A DNA stretch of 64,000 bases from Eledone cirrhosa (lineage: Eukaryota): NCBI GenBank assembly GCA_964016885.1, contig OZ024740.1, positions 390,724,001 through 390,788,000 of the forward strand, written 5' to 3'. The translations under genes and the position numbers were made by a program. Below, piece by piece: positions 38,103-53,036 of the stretch. The notes beneath the pieces were generated by a model. The model worked only from the letters and a program-made list of their open reading frames with translations. It searched no databases and was not told the DNA's origin. The first letter of the stretch is position 1, and each line of letters begins with the position of its first letter.

Positions 38103-40046
38103 TCATCATCATCATCATCATCAACGTTTAACGTCCGTGTTCCACGCTCGCATGGGTTTGGACGGGGGTAGTCCCACTTGAGGCAAGAGTGATTGTCTTG
38201 CTCGCATAGGACTGTCTGGCAGGTTTTCTACAGTTGGATGCCTTTCCTAACACCAACCACATTTACAGTGTGGGTCTGGGAGGTTTTTACCGTGTTGCCT
38301 ACACGGCCACATTACAGCGTGGACTGTGTGTTTTTTTGTCGTGACACCTACACGATCTCATTTGTTTCGGCCTACACGATCTCATTTGTTTCGGCCTGGA
38401 TGGCGCGGCACCAACATAACTTTACATAGAACGGGGTGGTGTGGATGGGGTGGGGGTGGGGGTGGTGGGACGGGGTGTATTTTGTTAGAGATGCCTACTG
38501 GCTGGAGTAGGTTTTACTATATATATTTAGGTAAGGCGGGTCTTCTCTGTTACTGAGTACCGCCAAAGGTCTCGGTCCAGTGACATTGTCTTGGAGAGGT
38601 GTAAGTGTGTGATGTCGGAGTTTATCAGCTCGTCCCAGGTTTTTCTAGGTCTGCCTATTCCGTGACTACCGTCTATCTTTATTGCCCTGCACTTTGTTAT
38701 ACAGCTATCGACTTTCATGCGCATCACGTGTCCATACCAACGTAGTCTTCTCTCGAGTAAACAACATCTGATCCCTCTTATCTCTAATTTTTTCCTTAGT
38801 TCGTTTATGCTTTGCCGTTCACGTATATTACTGTTACACATCCAGCGGAGCATGCAAGCTTCGTTCCTCTCTAGTCTGCGTATATCCTCTGCACACAATG
38901 CCCAGGTCTCACTGCCATGCAACATTGCTGTTCGTATGCAGGCATCGTACAACCTGCCTTTCATTTTTAGGGAGAACCCTTTAGCAGCTAATAGTGGTAT
39001 AAGCTCTCTGAACTTTTTCCAACCAGTTCTGACTCTAGCTACAGTACTTTCAGAGCACCCTCCCCCACTGCTGATTTTATCGCCCAGGTAACGGAAGCTG
39101 TCCACTATTTCTATAGAACCCTCTGCGCAATTGAAAGAGCTAGTATTTTGTGGGCACTTGCTGCTACTTATTGCACCAGAACACCGGCCACATGTAAAAT
39201 CTATGTTCTTAGTTAGCTTACCTGTGATCCCACTACATCTTTTATGCACCCATACTTTGCATTTAGGACATAAAATGGAGTTTCTACCTACGCCTTTCCT
39301 ACACACCGAGCACGACCATTTCCCAGAAGGGACCGCCGCCTTGTTTTCTTTCCTACAAACTAGAACTTTGGTCTTAGCCAGGTTAATTTTAAGTCCTTTT
39401 GACTCTAGGCCGTGCTTCCATGTTTGGAATTTCTTCTCTAGCTCGGCCATTGATTCCGCTATGAGTGTCAGGTCGTCTGCGTATAGGAGTTCCCATGGGC
39501 AGCCTGTCTTGAACTCCTCTGTTATAGCCTGAAGGGCAATAATAAATAGTAGAGGGCTGAGAACAGAGCCCTGGTGGACGCCAACTTTTACGCTAAACTC
39601 TTCACTATATTCGTTGTTAATTCTAACCTTGCTGACTGTTTCTTTATACATGGCTTGTATAGCCCTCACAAGCCATTCGTCAACGCCTAGTTTTCTAAGA
39701 GCCCACCAGATAATGGAGCGGGGGACTCTGTCGAAGGCTTTCTCCAAGTCGACAAAAGCTAAGTAGAGGGGTTTACCTTTAGCTAGGTACTTCTCCTGTA
39801 GTTGTCGTACAATGAAAAGAGCGTCTGTGGTACTTTTGCCTGACACAAACCCGAACTGCATTTCATCTAGGTCAATTCTCTCTCTGATTAGTTGCGCTAT
39901 TACTTTTTCCGTGACCTTCATGACCTGGTCGATTAATTTAATGCCTCTATAGTTACTCCTATCTAGGGCGTCTCCTTTACCCTTATAACAGTTAACGATG
40001 ATGCTGCTATGCCAGTCCTTCGGAACAACCCCATTCTGTACGACTT
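38103..40046 (-). mobile_element. RTE-clade LINE, 5'-truncated, with PHD-like finger in the RT
   Basis: ORF 38527-39921: QFGF, DLEKAFDRVP, VHQGSVLSP, YADD, C4HC3 Cys array, LHGSETW, RLRWYGHV, DRDLW; (GAT)n tail at 38103-38122. Confidence 0.9.
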
Positions 40047-40359
40047 GGATATATATATATATAAATATTTACCCCATAACACTACGTTCTGCTTCAGTGT
40101 GTATATTTTTCCCGTTATTCTATTTTATTTCTTATCTTTATTTTATTATATTTCAGCCTCGCTTTCAATTGTAATAGCCTTTGTTTTTAAATCCATATCT
40201 TACGTCCATATTACGTCTGTTGAGCTCGTCTGTCTTCGTGAAGTGAAACTTTTGGTAAATGGAATAATTGTCTTATGTTGTTTATTACGTAATTAAATAG
40301 CTCTGTAGCATACATAGAGCACTCTCCTTTCCTTTACCCTTCCTACGGAAATACTTCAT

Positions 40360-40393
<34 letters not shown>

Positions 40394-40899
40394 GAGTAAA
40401 TGTACAAGTAAAGTTTGTTTGTGTAGATAAGTGTACAAACAAAAATAAAACAAGATTGCTTGCCAAACTATTTTTCTCAACATGGTCCTTGTGGCTTACA
40501 GTAATAGACCAGTAAGAGGGATCAAATTATAGTATCCAGGTGGAAGATCCTGGAGTAATAATAGTTTTAAATGTATATGAAAAAATCTAGGCATGAAGTA
40601 TAGAAAAAAGTGAAGAATTTTATCAAAAGTTCATTCTTTAACATATGTTTCAATACAATATAAGTCTACATAATTCTGGTTGCATAATAATATTATTATT
40701 ATGCCCATTCCCGCTAGCAAACTAGCAGAGAAGATTTGTTAAAAATAACATCACTCAAAGGCGGGTGAGCAATGTGGCAGCATGCTACTACGTCCGTCTC
40801 TGGGTCAAAGGCATAGAACACACTTTTTCCTCTGTTTTTCTTTGCTTGTTTCCTTAAAGCTTACCATTATTCCGTTGGTATACATCTATTACGCAATTT

Positions 40900-40957
40900 A
40901 CTCCTGATGAGGTCACCGGGTTCTTACGCACCCTCGCCACTGAAATGTGCATAGTGT
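40900..40957 (+). ncRNA. Degenerate type I hammerhead
   Basis: CTGATGA-ggt...act-GAAA-tgtgca-TA; stem I imperfect; lies in a (TA)n-bounded block 40394-41018. Confidence 0.5.
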
Positions 40958-41014
40958 TTACAGTAATAAAAAAATTAAAGAAATCCAACGTATTTGGCCT
41001 CCTGTCATTTTACT

Positions 41015-41218
<204 letters not shown>

Positions 41219-41280
41219 CACACACACACACATATATATGTGCATGTATGTGTGTGTGTGTGTGTGTGTGAAATATATAT

Positions 41281-41860
41281 GGGTGTTAGCAAAGATGTTA
41301 GCACATTTATTGATCGTTTGCTTGCGGAAGCGTAAACATACATTAGCCAAGCAGATCTATCACGACAAACCCCACCTCATGAGATACATCATAGAGCGCG
41401 TATTGAAAAAACATGGCCTCGCTGGGACTCTGGTCAACTTTAATTAATCGAAAGTTTTCAACAGGCTCGACATATCGGACATCGCTATTCCTTAGAGTGG
41501 CCGATCTGGGTCTTGTTTTCAGGAGCTGGATCGCTGCAATGGCCAGTAGCACCTGCTCGCTCGTAAAATTAAATGACCACCAATCTGAACTGTCAGGGAT
41601 GGCTTTCTAGCTCTTGCTGTGAAAGTAACAACTGGCGAGGGACATCTCTTTCGAACTGCGACACGAGTGACACATATGAATGATGTTGCAATAAGGTGTC
41701 GGATACAATGGAATTGGAAGTATTCATCGGCGCTCTGAAGGAATATGAGCATGTGGCAGAAGCAAAGTTCAAACCGACCAAGTTCGTGGTTTTACGGTTT
41801 AGAACCTGGAGAGGCAGGTCCATGCCGTTGTACAGTAATGCATTGAGTGAGTGGACAGAT
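41281..41860 (+). mobile_element. Old decayed fragment of a Tx1 family related to 8945-14968
   Basis: VLAKMLA...IYHDKPHLMRYIIERV...GTLVN and acctggagaggcaggtccatgccgt match ORF2 at ~12880-13500. Confidence 0.8.
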
Positions 41861-42482
41861 CAATTACATTAATTATGAAAATGGAAAACTTAGATGTTGC
41901 ATGAGTAGTAAGAAAAGTCATTTCGGTACCTTCTTTCCAGAGAAAGGACAAAATCAAAATCAAAAGCAAACTTGGGGTAACAGAGAGTAGCATATTCAAT
42001 TGCATCAATACCAGCAGGATTGTTAGCAAGTGTCACAGGATGAACATTTCCTCTTTTGGGGATTATTTTACAAGCTGAAACATCAGAGAATATAACTCAA
42101 GCTAGGAAGTAGACAATGTTTTTTAATTTCCAATACTTTTACAATAGTTTTCTACTAGAGGATAAAAAAAGGCTAATAACCAGAAATGAAGTACAACCGA
42201 ATAGGCCCCATTAAAAGCAAACCAGTAAATTCGTACACACGAAACATGAACTAAATATTAAAAAATATATACTAACTAGTATTTCATTTCTCAAATTTCT
42301 TTGTGAAATGTCGCATAGAGATTCACTCAGTAATGCAGCATAGACAAAAACATTATGTACAATAGTTTCAAGCTCAATAACTTGACGGATGCTAGCAACA
42401 ATAACAACAATAGAAGCAACTATATAAATGTAACAACATCCTTTGCGAGCATGACCAGCGCCTAGATGATACTAAAGTTATT

Positions 42483-42665
42483 AATTGTTTCTACTTTTGG
42501 CACAAGGCCAGCAATTACCCTGTACATTACTGGTACTTTATCTTATCGACACCGTAAGGATGAAAGGCAAAGTTAACCTCGAGGGGATTTGAACTCAGAC
42601 CGTAATAGGACGTAACTATGCTAGAAAGCATGACGTCCAACCCTCTACCGATACTGCCAATCCAT
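42483..42665 (-). mobile_element. SINE family S
   Basis: Same core as 1151-1308. Confidence 0.85.
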
Positions 42666-42699
42666 AACAGAAATGACAATACCTGTGGTACGTTCAAAA

Positions 42700-43330
42700 G
42701 ACCATGCTACAAGTTAAATTGCTCCACTGAACAAACTGTTCAACTGCCAACATCCTCTGTTCGGCAGTCATTCAATGCTATAATTGATGCCCAGGTCAGC
42801 ACTAAAACCTCTGCATCGGTAAATAGGTATAGATGGTTATGTGTTGAGTAATAAAATAAACTATTTTGCACATTTCGTTTGGCGGTTTAAAAGGAGTTCC
42901 GGTGCTAGATCAATGTTGTATCGCTTGTAGGGGTGAGAGATTTTCTCCAAACGTTTTTGTTTGGGTTTTTGCCTGAACTGCTGCAGTACAGCTGTGAGTG
43001 ATCCAGTTGGAGGACTTGATTGTTTGATAGAAGGTGGATTTTGTGGTTAACAAAATATCAAAGGTGTTTGTAGTGTGCATGTGTGTCGGTGAAGGACGTG
43101 TGTAAGGGATTAACATAATTGATATTAAGTGTTGAGTATATCTTCTCCGGTGGCATCAGTATGAGATGACTGTGAAGTCTCTGGCCACCGGGATCGATAA
43201 CCTATATGCAATAGATGCCTTCGATGCAGGAAATGATTGGTCGAAAAGTTCTTTGTTTCTGGATAAGTTTTGGGGGTGATGTTAATGGTTTTCTTCTTTT
43301 GCTCATATTTTGTAGATCTTTATGAGATAT
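42700..43330 (-). mobile_element. Decayed Penelope-like RT fragment
   Basis: PKLIQKQRTFRPIISC followed by FYQ and TGSL.AVL remnants. Confidence 0.45.
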
Positions 43331-43357
43331 ATTTGATATTATTTGTTTAGTTGTAGG

Positions 43358-43570
43358 GCGTTGGATAGGCAGTATCGGTAGAGCGTCGGATAACATACTT
43401 TGTGGCATAGAGTTATGTCCCTTTGCGTGCTGTGTTCAAATCCCGTCGAGGTTAGCTTTGCCTTTCATCCTTACGGGGTCGATAAAATAAAGCACCAATA
43501 ACGCACAGGGGTTGATTTAGTTGACTTTCTCCTCCCCCAAAATTGTTCACCTAAATCAGAAATTATTATT
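43358..43570 (+). mobile_element. SINE family S
   Basis: gttcaaatcccgtcgaggttagctttgcctttcatccttacggggtcgataaaataaa. Confidence 0.85.
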
Positions 43571-45119
43571 TAGTTGTAGAAGATACCGATCATTTTACAG
43601 TCATGGTATATATAATCTTTCTATATCGACTTTTGTGTGGCTTACTCTACAGGAATTAAGTATTTTCCATGTTTTCCTGTCTAGATTTGGTAATTTACTT
43701 ACCTTCCTGTTGAGAATATAACTATATTTTGTTTCTAAAAGAGTTGTTCTTATCGTTTTTTTTAATATTTAATTCTGTTTTAAATATTAATGTAATGCGT
43801 CTTTGCAATATTATTTTCCTTTTGCTTGTATTATACGTTGTCTAGTTCATTAATTCTCAAGAATTTGTAAATATGTGTTTGTTCTAATCCTCCTTCCTTT
43901 GTTTCTTTATCTAACATGATAGTACTAATCCTCCTCTCTTCAAGTTTTATTTAACCTATTTATCTAAAACAGATTTCGTTTCAATCCTACTAGTGTATCT
44001 GTGCAAACTAAAGTTTCTAGTTGTTTATCATCAGCTGCTTATAAACGATAAAACAAAATATATTGAACTAAAACTATATAAATATCATCGTAGGAAGTAA
44101 TGGTATTTGGAGATTTATTTTTGAATTTTCAGCTGTACAATTTTACATGATAGTAATGTAGATCACAAAGTAATTCACAATACGCAATACAATATATTCG
44201 TTCTTAAAATGTTAAAGTCATTTAAAGAAACGTCATTTCAATACCGAACGATTCGGAGGATAAAGAATCATTATGTATTTCAAAACAGGATTTTACCCTC
44301 TGTCATTTTGAAAGTAGACTGAAACGATTTGAAGAAATTATATCTAAATACATAATATAGCGTTATCTAATGTTCCTTTGAAAATAGAGTGAAATAGTTT
44401 GAAGAAAGGTTATTCCAATATCGAACGTACTATCAAACATGTTAACTCTCCCCGTCGGACGGGGAGATCTCCCACACACTTTGGGGTGGGTAAGCGATGT
44501 CTTCTCTTGTGAAAATAGGTATAGCTTTCATTATGTAAAAACTCCCCATTTTGCTTCATTTCTCCCCGTTTTGGAGAACTTTTTTTCATGGTACTCGTTG
44601 TATGGGTTTTTAGAGGTTGGCAAGTCTGGTACCATTATCCTTTGTTTTAAGAAACAATATCACGAAACTAGGATGTTCAGGTAGAGAGTACCTGGATATC
44701 CGGCAGAGGCATTCTTAGGAATGATTCTCACCTGATTCTCACTTCTGGCTGTGTGACATTTTTCAGTCACGTCCCTATGACTGCTTCTGCTGACAGACTA
44801 ATCTTAATGAGGGACTACTAGATACTTGAAGAGAAGATGGCCATCGCCAAGTATTTCTAAGGCCCTCTGAAAGACTGGATGATCACATAGTCCAACATCT
44901 ACAATGGCACCGCTACGACTGGATGCACTAGTTACGAGAACTTAATCGATTGATTAAATGATTGTTTATAAATTGAGGTCATACAAATACGCAAGCTGAT
45001 TTATTGTTCTACTCTAGCATGTCTAATCTGATTTAAGATGCTGATTAATAGTGTAAAACTTTAGAAGAGAGAAAGAGAGAATAATCTTGAAATATTCCTC
45101 TTCTAATAAGAATGTAACC

Positions 45120-45420
45120 CATTGATTGATCGGTAGAGGGTCGGACGCCATGCTTTGACGCATAGAGTTACGGCCCTTTCAATTCTGAGTTCAAATCCCG
45201 CCGAGGTTAACTTTGCCTTTCATCCTTACGGGGTCGATAAAATAAAGTACCAGTGATACACTGGGTAGTTGCTGGCCTTGTGCCAAAAGTAGAAACAATT
45301 ATTATAAATCATTTTAGTGAGGTGGGTTTGCACAATTGTTAGAGCCTCGATCAAAATGCTAAGAAGCATTTGGTTACGGCTCTTTGTGTTGTGAGATCAA
45401 ATACCGCCGAGGTCAACTTT
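45120..45420 (+). mobile_element. SINE family S followed by an older partial SINE
   Basis: 45120-45302 matches 25111-25300; 45318-45420 is a diverged 5' half. Confidence 0.8.
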
Positions 45421-45767
45421 TTTTGTTACTTTCCCTGTGATATTTGAACGTTAATCATGATATTGAAATCAAATAAATAACTCAAGTTAAAATCTCATAT
45501 TTGAATAAGAAACAAACTTATCTGCTTTAAACCAATGAACTATCGACATTTTATATCTCTGATAAAGTCGAAAACAATAATTTTCATGACATATCTATAA
45601 CTGCTGTTTAAAAATCTTCGTTTTAGTTAATTTCATACAGTGATAGTAAAACACAAATGATTTATTTGTATTATAGCAGAATAATAAACAACAGATTGTC
45701 CCAAATAGCCGTAGAAAATATTCTGGTTTGAATTTCTAATACAGAACAATAAAGGATTTAAGCGTTG

Positions 45768-46197
45768 TACAGGGTGGTTCGAAAGTCTTGTCACCCCCTA
45801 CCAAAAAGTAATAAGAAACAGTTTATGTTCCCATCGCAGTATCGTCCTCTTCGGAGGAGGTGGTGTGCACAATCTTGCAGTGAAGTCATGTCGCACATCC
45901 TCCATGCTCTTGCCAGCATGCACACGATCATGTGTCCATACACTTGCAAGCAGCCTCTCTTCCAAACTGTAGGAGCTCTGAAATAGAAAAGTATATTATA
46001 ATTAATTGTTTCTACTTTTGGCACAAGGCCAGCAATTACCCAGTGCATTACTGGTACTTTATTTTATCGACCCCGTAAGGATGAAAGGCAAAGTTAACCT
46101 ATATTATAATTAATGATATTATATATTATATTATTAAAACAAAAAATAATGAAACTTAAAACAATATGTGACAAGGGGTGACAAGACTTTCGGACCA
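45768..46197. mobile_element. Tc1/mariner-type MITE with inserted SINE 3' piece (46003-46100)
   Basis: TIRs tacagggtggttcgaaagtcttgtcacccc / ggggtgacaagactttcggacca. Confidence 0.7.
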
Positions 46198-46664
46198 TAT
46201 ATTTCTCTTTCCTTCTTAAATTTGTATGTGATGTTTCTTTTTGTTTCATACTGAAATTCTCAAGATAACAAAAATATGGGTTGCTTACCTTTAGGGAAAT
46301 TTTGATCGAGCAGATCTGCGATCAAATACATTAAATATTCGAATATATTGGAATATATTATATAATGTGTATTTGGCTTTTTTTAAGATGGTAAAGAGAG
46401 TGTTGATGAAATTTTATTGCCACTCCATACAATATGAAAAGTTAGATTTTTATTCCCTCATTCTGAATTTTAAAATAGTATTTTATTTCTCACAAGCAAT
46501 AACATACATACTAGTAATATGTCGTTTTCTATTCTGTCGACTGTTTCAGCTTCCATGTGGAAATGTTGTTTGTGCCTAAGTAACATATAAATGATAACGC
46601 AAAAAGAACGTGGCATGGCAAATCATATTTTGATGCATTACTTATAGAAGCGAAAGTATGGTCA

Positions 46665-46745
<81 letters not shown>

Positions 46746-48960
46746 TTTTGGAAAAGAATGAAACGAAATTTCATTTCTCACTCTTAGTACGGCTGATACT
46801 TAAATGTAAGTATGTATGTATACGTACATACATATATGTATACAGAAGTACAGTAGTATGTATATATATACATACATGCACACATATATATATATGTACG
46901 TATGGGTTTACCGAACATTTATTATAATGTTCGGTGTGTTTGTTTGTAAACAAACAAACAGCCCGAATTACGCCGTACAGTGTTCAGGCAACCATCGTCG
47001 CCCTTTTGTTCAACACTGACACAGGAACGATGTACTAGTTTCAAGCTTATTAGCTATCGTCAGCATCGTATATTGTGGCGAAATGTGAATTACTACCTCA
47101 TTCTAGAAGAACTTGGTAAAAATCATTATTTGAGATTGTATCGGGCATTTCTAATAAATATCTATGAACTTACAGCTGCAATTCATCATGATCAGCTTAA
47201 GCTCAGTTTTGTTATAGTTAACTAATAATAACAAAAAGTTATATAAATCTGGATTTCTGCATTTAATTATCGCATCACGAGAATATTTTATAATAGTAAA
47301 TATACAAGGAAGTGTAGTGTCAGTAGAAAAGTAATGAATAGCTAAAGAAAAGACTGATAATAATATATAATATTGCTAATAATATAGGTAATAATTTATA
47401 ACATAGTCATAATACCAGAAATTTAATGGGAGGGCACAGTAGATTATTAGATTATATCACTGCCGTCACTAGATATTTTATTGATTAAATGCCGGGAAAA
47501 ATACCACAGAAGGTTTCCCACAGCCAATCCACTGATCTTACATCTAAAATTAATAATAAATATTAAGTGTGTGTTATTAATAAGGTGGCATAGTTATTTT
47601 TAATGGTTAATAATACTGCCCCGATTCAGTCGTTATAATTCCTATACAATCTCGATTCAAAGCAATTGCCAATCAAGTATATCAATGGAATATTGATTTA
47701 GTGTTTAATCGGAAGCCAGGACAAAATCTACAATATCCACAAACCAAAGCTAATTTTATGAGACCTACACTTAAATGCAAATTTATTTTTAAAATCATAA
47801 ATATAATAACAACACGCATGTGAAAACAAATGTGAATCCTGTGTTCAATATAAAATGATTCTATATTCAGGTTTCTAGTCTACATCTAGAAATTTTCGAA
47901 ATATTAAGTAAATTATTTTCTGATTAAACAAAAATGCCTATGCCATCCTAATAATTTGTAGATTGATGATACAAAAATATCATTTTAACACGAGACTATA
48001 TGATCAATGTGTTGAGAAAAAAATTAATTGTGAAAATTATTTGTATTCATTTTTTATGTTTATTCAAGTAATTTCCGAAAAGCGATATTGTATTCGCATA
48101 GAGAATCGATTTTGCTACACTTGTTGTTCAGTACAATCTAATGTTAATCTTCAAATCAGTGTAGGGATAATGATAAATACGACGGCGGATATTCTATTCA
48201 ACTGAATTTATTTTTACACTGTTTACACAGATTCCAAATCAACTCTATTATTTGAGATTTTAACTGCACCACTATTATTGCAGTCTATCATTGATATTAC
48301 TACTAATATTATCTGCAACGAGCTTTGAAAAGTCAGTATAGTTCAACAGAAAGTCAAGCTATCGACACCGATCGATAATCCGTACGCATAATGCTATTCT
48401 TCGCTAAGTTAAAATTTTCTTGTGGTATTTCCGTTAGTATTTTCTCTGTATTTAATTCCACGCGTATTCTATGTTTAAACACTGAAAGATATCAAATATA
48501 TGCAAGCGCAACAATTGTATCCTTTAAAATAATCTCTAATGGGAGATGAGTAAAGGGGCTACCAAAATTATACGATGCCAAATTACTCAATTTATAGTAT
48601 TTAGATGAATTCCACTTAATTTTGAGTGACAATCTCACAGATATAAGACTCTATCGTTTCTTTCATCAAAATCACTATACACCCAGGATAAAAACTAGGC
48701 CTTCTTCAGAAAAAAGAATACAATTTGATAGTTGAACTGGCATATGATTAAATATAAATTCTGCTTTTAATTTTGTACTAAGTATTAAAATTAAAATTGG
48801 TGTATCAAATACTTATCACCATTAGCGAGTAATTTGTCTTTGGCTAATAAAGCGTTTAGAAGCTTAAAAAAAATAGTAATTTAATTCCTTCTTAAAATGA
48901 ATATTTCTCTCACTTAATGTTGAATTATAAATGTGAGTCTCGCATAATGTTCTGCTGTTT

Positions 48961-49061
<101 letters not shown>

Positions 49062-49122
49062 CATACATACATACATACATACATACATACATACATACAT
49101 ACATACATACATACATACATAC

Positions 49123-50125
49123 ATGGTGGCTGCCAACTCGTTTTCGAGTACGGCCACTACTTTATATCCATGTAGGAGAACCCCTACCGATGCGCTGAAT
49201 GAGTGTGACTTTTTAGTCCAGCCAGCGACTTGAAAACTCTGGTACAAACACTACACTTGTGACAATTATTGACACATAGTGCTGGGCCCATGGTACCATG
49301 TGGCAACAAGTGCAGAGAGATCTCCAGATATAAAGCAATGCCTGTGCCGTGAAGCTTTTATAGTGACCAAAGGCGCTGCACAAAACCAGTCCCACTCTCT
49401 TAACCAAGATGATATTTACCAAAAAGAAGAACAAGTCAACATCATTGGATACCATCAGGGTTGCAGGTGTTATATCAGAGTTTTCCTTCTCCTAGAATTC
49501 TGCCTTGACAAAGGCTAAGGGGTCATCATACATACATGCATACATACATACATACATGATGGCTGCCCCCTCGTTATCGAGTATGCCCATTGCACGATAT
49601 ACCATTATTAATAATTATTAATTAATTCTATCGTGCAATGCCTGTGCGTGTAGATTTTTTTTAAAGTGAGGAAAGACTGTGCACTGAACCAATCCCAGGC
49701 TCTAAGCGACAGTAGCTATAACCCGAAAAGAAGAAAAGATCAACATCATCGGTAACTACTGAGCCGCAGGCTTTTTGTCGGAGTTATCCCAGTCTCCTGA
49801 GTTGCCTTCTCCTAGAAAAAGGCTAGGTGTCCTTCACTCCCAGTGGTTTAACCGCGCGATCGGGTATCCAGCCCGACTATTTCTATGTCCCCGCGCATAC
49901 ACATACATATGCACACATGTATATACATATATACATATGCAAACATATGTACATGTGTATACACATATTTAAACATTTTTGGATGGCCGTTGACTCTTAT
50001 GAGTTCTTCCGCCCTTTGTCAGGTTTTTTCTTTTGTCCTGCAGGGTGTACAAAATCAATTGCCGGTTTAGTCGCCGACGACCTGACCATGCGACAGGTTG
50101 TACTGGGTTGCATGTTAGCAAGAGT
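49123..50125 (-). mobile_element. Non-coding RTE-5'UTR-like interspersed repeats
   Basis: Two related units ending ccttctcctaga...ggcta; inverted homologues at 56671-57233. Confidence 0.5.
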
Positions 50126-50343
50126 GACCCGATATACACATACATACATATGTATTTGTATATATATATATGTGTGTGTGTGTATATATATATATATATC
50201 AGAGAGAGTATGGTAAGATACCAGGTGGACCCTGACGGCTGAGCTCTGGCCGTTTCGACAGCTAGATTCGGATCTAGCTGTCGAAACGGCCGGAGCTCAG
50301 CCATTGGGGTCCTGAATCTTTTCATATATGTATATATATATAT

Positions 50344-50398
<55 letters not shown>

Positions 50399-50419
50399 TG
50401 CGTGTGTGTGTGTGCGTGC

Positions 50420-50476
<57 letters not shown>

Positions 50477-50520
50477 CGCGCGCGTGCGTGTGTGTGTGTG
50501 CGTGCGTGTGTGTGTGTGTG

Positions 50521-50584
<64 letters not shown>

Positions 50585-50602
50585 TGTGTGTGTGTGTGCG
50601 CG

Positions 50603-50633
<31 letters not shown>

Positions 50634-51199
50634 CAGTAACATCATATTTTGGAACACTGTTTTACATATTATAAAATATTAAAAAAGTATTTAGTATTAT
50701 GTACTGTTGTTGAATTAGTTGAAGTAATACGATACATATATAATTCAGAACGGACAACTTTTCACTGATTATTGATTATATATGTCGCATTAATATCAAT
50801 TCGATTGTTTGTATTTACAACACACCAAATGAGAAATTCTTAAGACCTTTACAGCCTGTTGACATCAAAACAAACTCAACTTCGTACATTGTAAATGTAT
50901 AAACAAGAGACATAAGATATAGTCTATAGCAAGAGGAAATTGCAGGATCTTTCTAATCACATCATGTTCCAGAGATTAAATTCAGTAAAGGATGCTGTGA
51001 TGTGTTTTAAATCTGTTGAGGTGACTATACAGAACTAACGTTTGTATGAAGTGGTCCTCTCTGACATCAGGATATAATAATATAGGATGTAAGGAGATAG
51101 ATAGTGTAGAGTGTAGAGGAAAAGTAAGTCTTTAATGTTGCCCCAGTCTTCCTGCCTAATTATAATATATGTATCGCTTAAGGCTTTCTCTGTTTATGT

Positions 51200-51301
<102 letters not shown>

Positions 51302-51396
51302 GTTACTAAAATCCTGTGCTTGCTTTCTTGCTTGTTTGTCTGTAATGTAATACGGCCAAAAGGTATATATATACACATACACACAGGTATATATAT

Positions 51397-52130
51397 ATTA
51401 TTTTTCCCACATCTTACGTTAACTATTTTTCCCATTTTGACGCTATAGTCACTTATATACTATGGAATGCTGTTCGCTTTTCGCTGCAGTGTTTTCTATA
51501 CCTTTCATTTATATATTTATACTCGGATTTTTCCTCGAGTGCTTAAATTATTTGTGACTAATCCCGGTTTTTTTTATAAAAAACTGCGATAATATTGCAT
51601 TTTGCTGAACTCCTTACTGTAGAGTTTTTTTCGGAATGTTTTTGACTGTTGTTTCTTGTAAACAAACTTTCGTCTCATTCTGACGTCAATAGCCATTTTT
51701 TCCTCGTGTGCGTTTTTCGTGATCACGCATGATGTTGGACTGGCCAGCTTTAGAATTCCCTTTTTGGTATATTAATCTGCGAGAATCCTGGTTATCGAGT
51801 TGAGCTCTGCTGATGATGAACTCCAACCGTGACAATCTCCGCTGAAAGTTTTCATGAAATAGTCTTACGACTATACAGAGCATTTGAAGTTTTTCCAAAT
51901 TGAAGGATAGGTATCTTGAACTTTATTTTATCATGAGTTAAGGCTCTATTGATTTTTCCCTGGATTTCACTAAATTCTGTGGATGAATTTATATCCTGAT
52001 TCTCTTTAGGATGAGTTTAAATTATTTTTCCAACATCTTACGTTAACTATTTTTCCCATTTTGACGCTATAGTCACTTATATACTATGGAATGCTGTTCG
52101 CTTTTCGCTGCAGTGTTTTCTATACCTTTC

Positions 52131-52140
<10 letters not shown>
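51397..52140 (+). mobile_element. Retrozyme-like element: 624-nt unit with 120-bp terminal direct repeat
   Basis: 51397-51516 equals 52021-52140 (one mismatch seen); contains one hammerhead; TA-rich flanks. Confidence 0.8.
51804..51881 (+). ncRNA. Canonical type I hammerhead ribozyme with full stem III
   Basis: gctctg-CTGATGA-tgaact...agttttca t-GAAA-tagtc ttac gacta-TA-cagagc. Confidence 0.88.
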
Positions 52141-52182
<42 letters not shown>

Positions 52183-52708
52183 GCCTTCCAATTTCATTTC
52201 ACATTATATATGTCTGTGTATATTTTTATTATTTGAAAATTATTTTTAAGTGTACATCATATTTTTTTTTATATTTTGAAGTGAACGTGACACAATGGTG
52301 GTCTAGTATATTACAAAAAATATGTGATTGCTTGCTTGTCTGTAGTGTAATACAGCCAAAAGAACGCATAGTTGGAAAATACTTTGAAAGGAAGTTGACC
52401 CTGAAATTGGAATACAAGTTTCGCGTAAATCGAAGCACGGGTTCGCGAGATATGGGGTTTTCTGGGTACCTTCATAAACAGAGCGAGAGAGAAGGATAGC
52501 GAGAAAGAGATAGTGGTTGTGAGAGAGTAGATTGAAAGAGAGACATAGAGAGGGAGAGAGGAGACAGAGAAGGAAAATGGAAGAGAGACAGCTGTGTTGT
52601 TGTTGTATATATATATGTGTGTGTGTATATATATATGTGTGTGTGTGTGTGTGTCTATGACCAGTGCATATAGATATCAGACACCCACATATATATATAT
52701 ACACACAC

Positions 52709-52756
<48 letters not shown>

Positions 52757-52935
52757 ACAACCACACATAATTAAATATATACATACACACATGTATATAT
52801 ATGAGTCTACCAGTTTCATTTTGCATTATATACATGTCTGTGCATATTTTAATTATTTGAAAATTATTTTTAAGTGAACATGTTTTTTAAAAATATTTTG
52901 AAGTGAACGTGGCCCAACGGGTCACGGGTAGTCTA

Positions 52936-53007
<72 letters not shown>

Positions 53008-53036
53008 AAATGTGTGTAATCCTTGGTACAGTTAGG

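Noticed and set aside
50050-50125. Twister ribozyme in the RTE-like leader
   Set aside because: Only vague resemblance (ctaacatgc...cagt); pseudoknot pairings could not be assigned.
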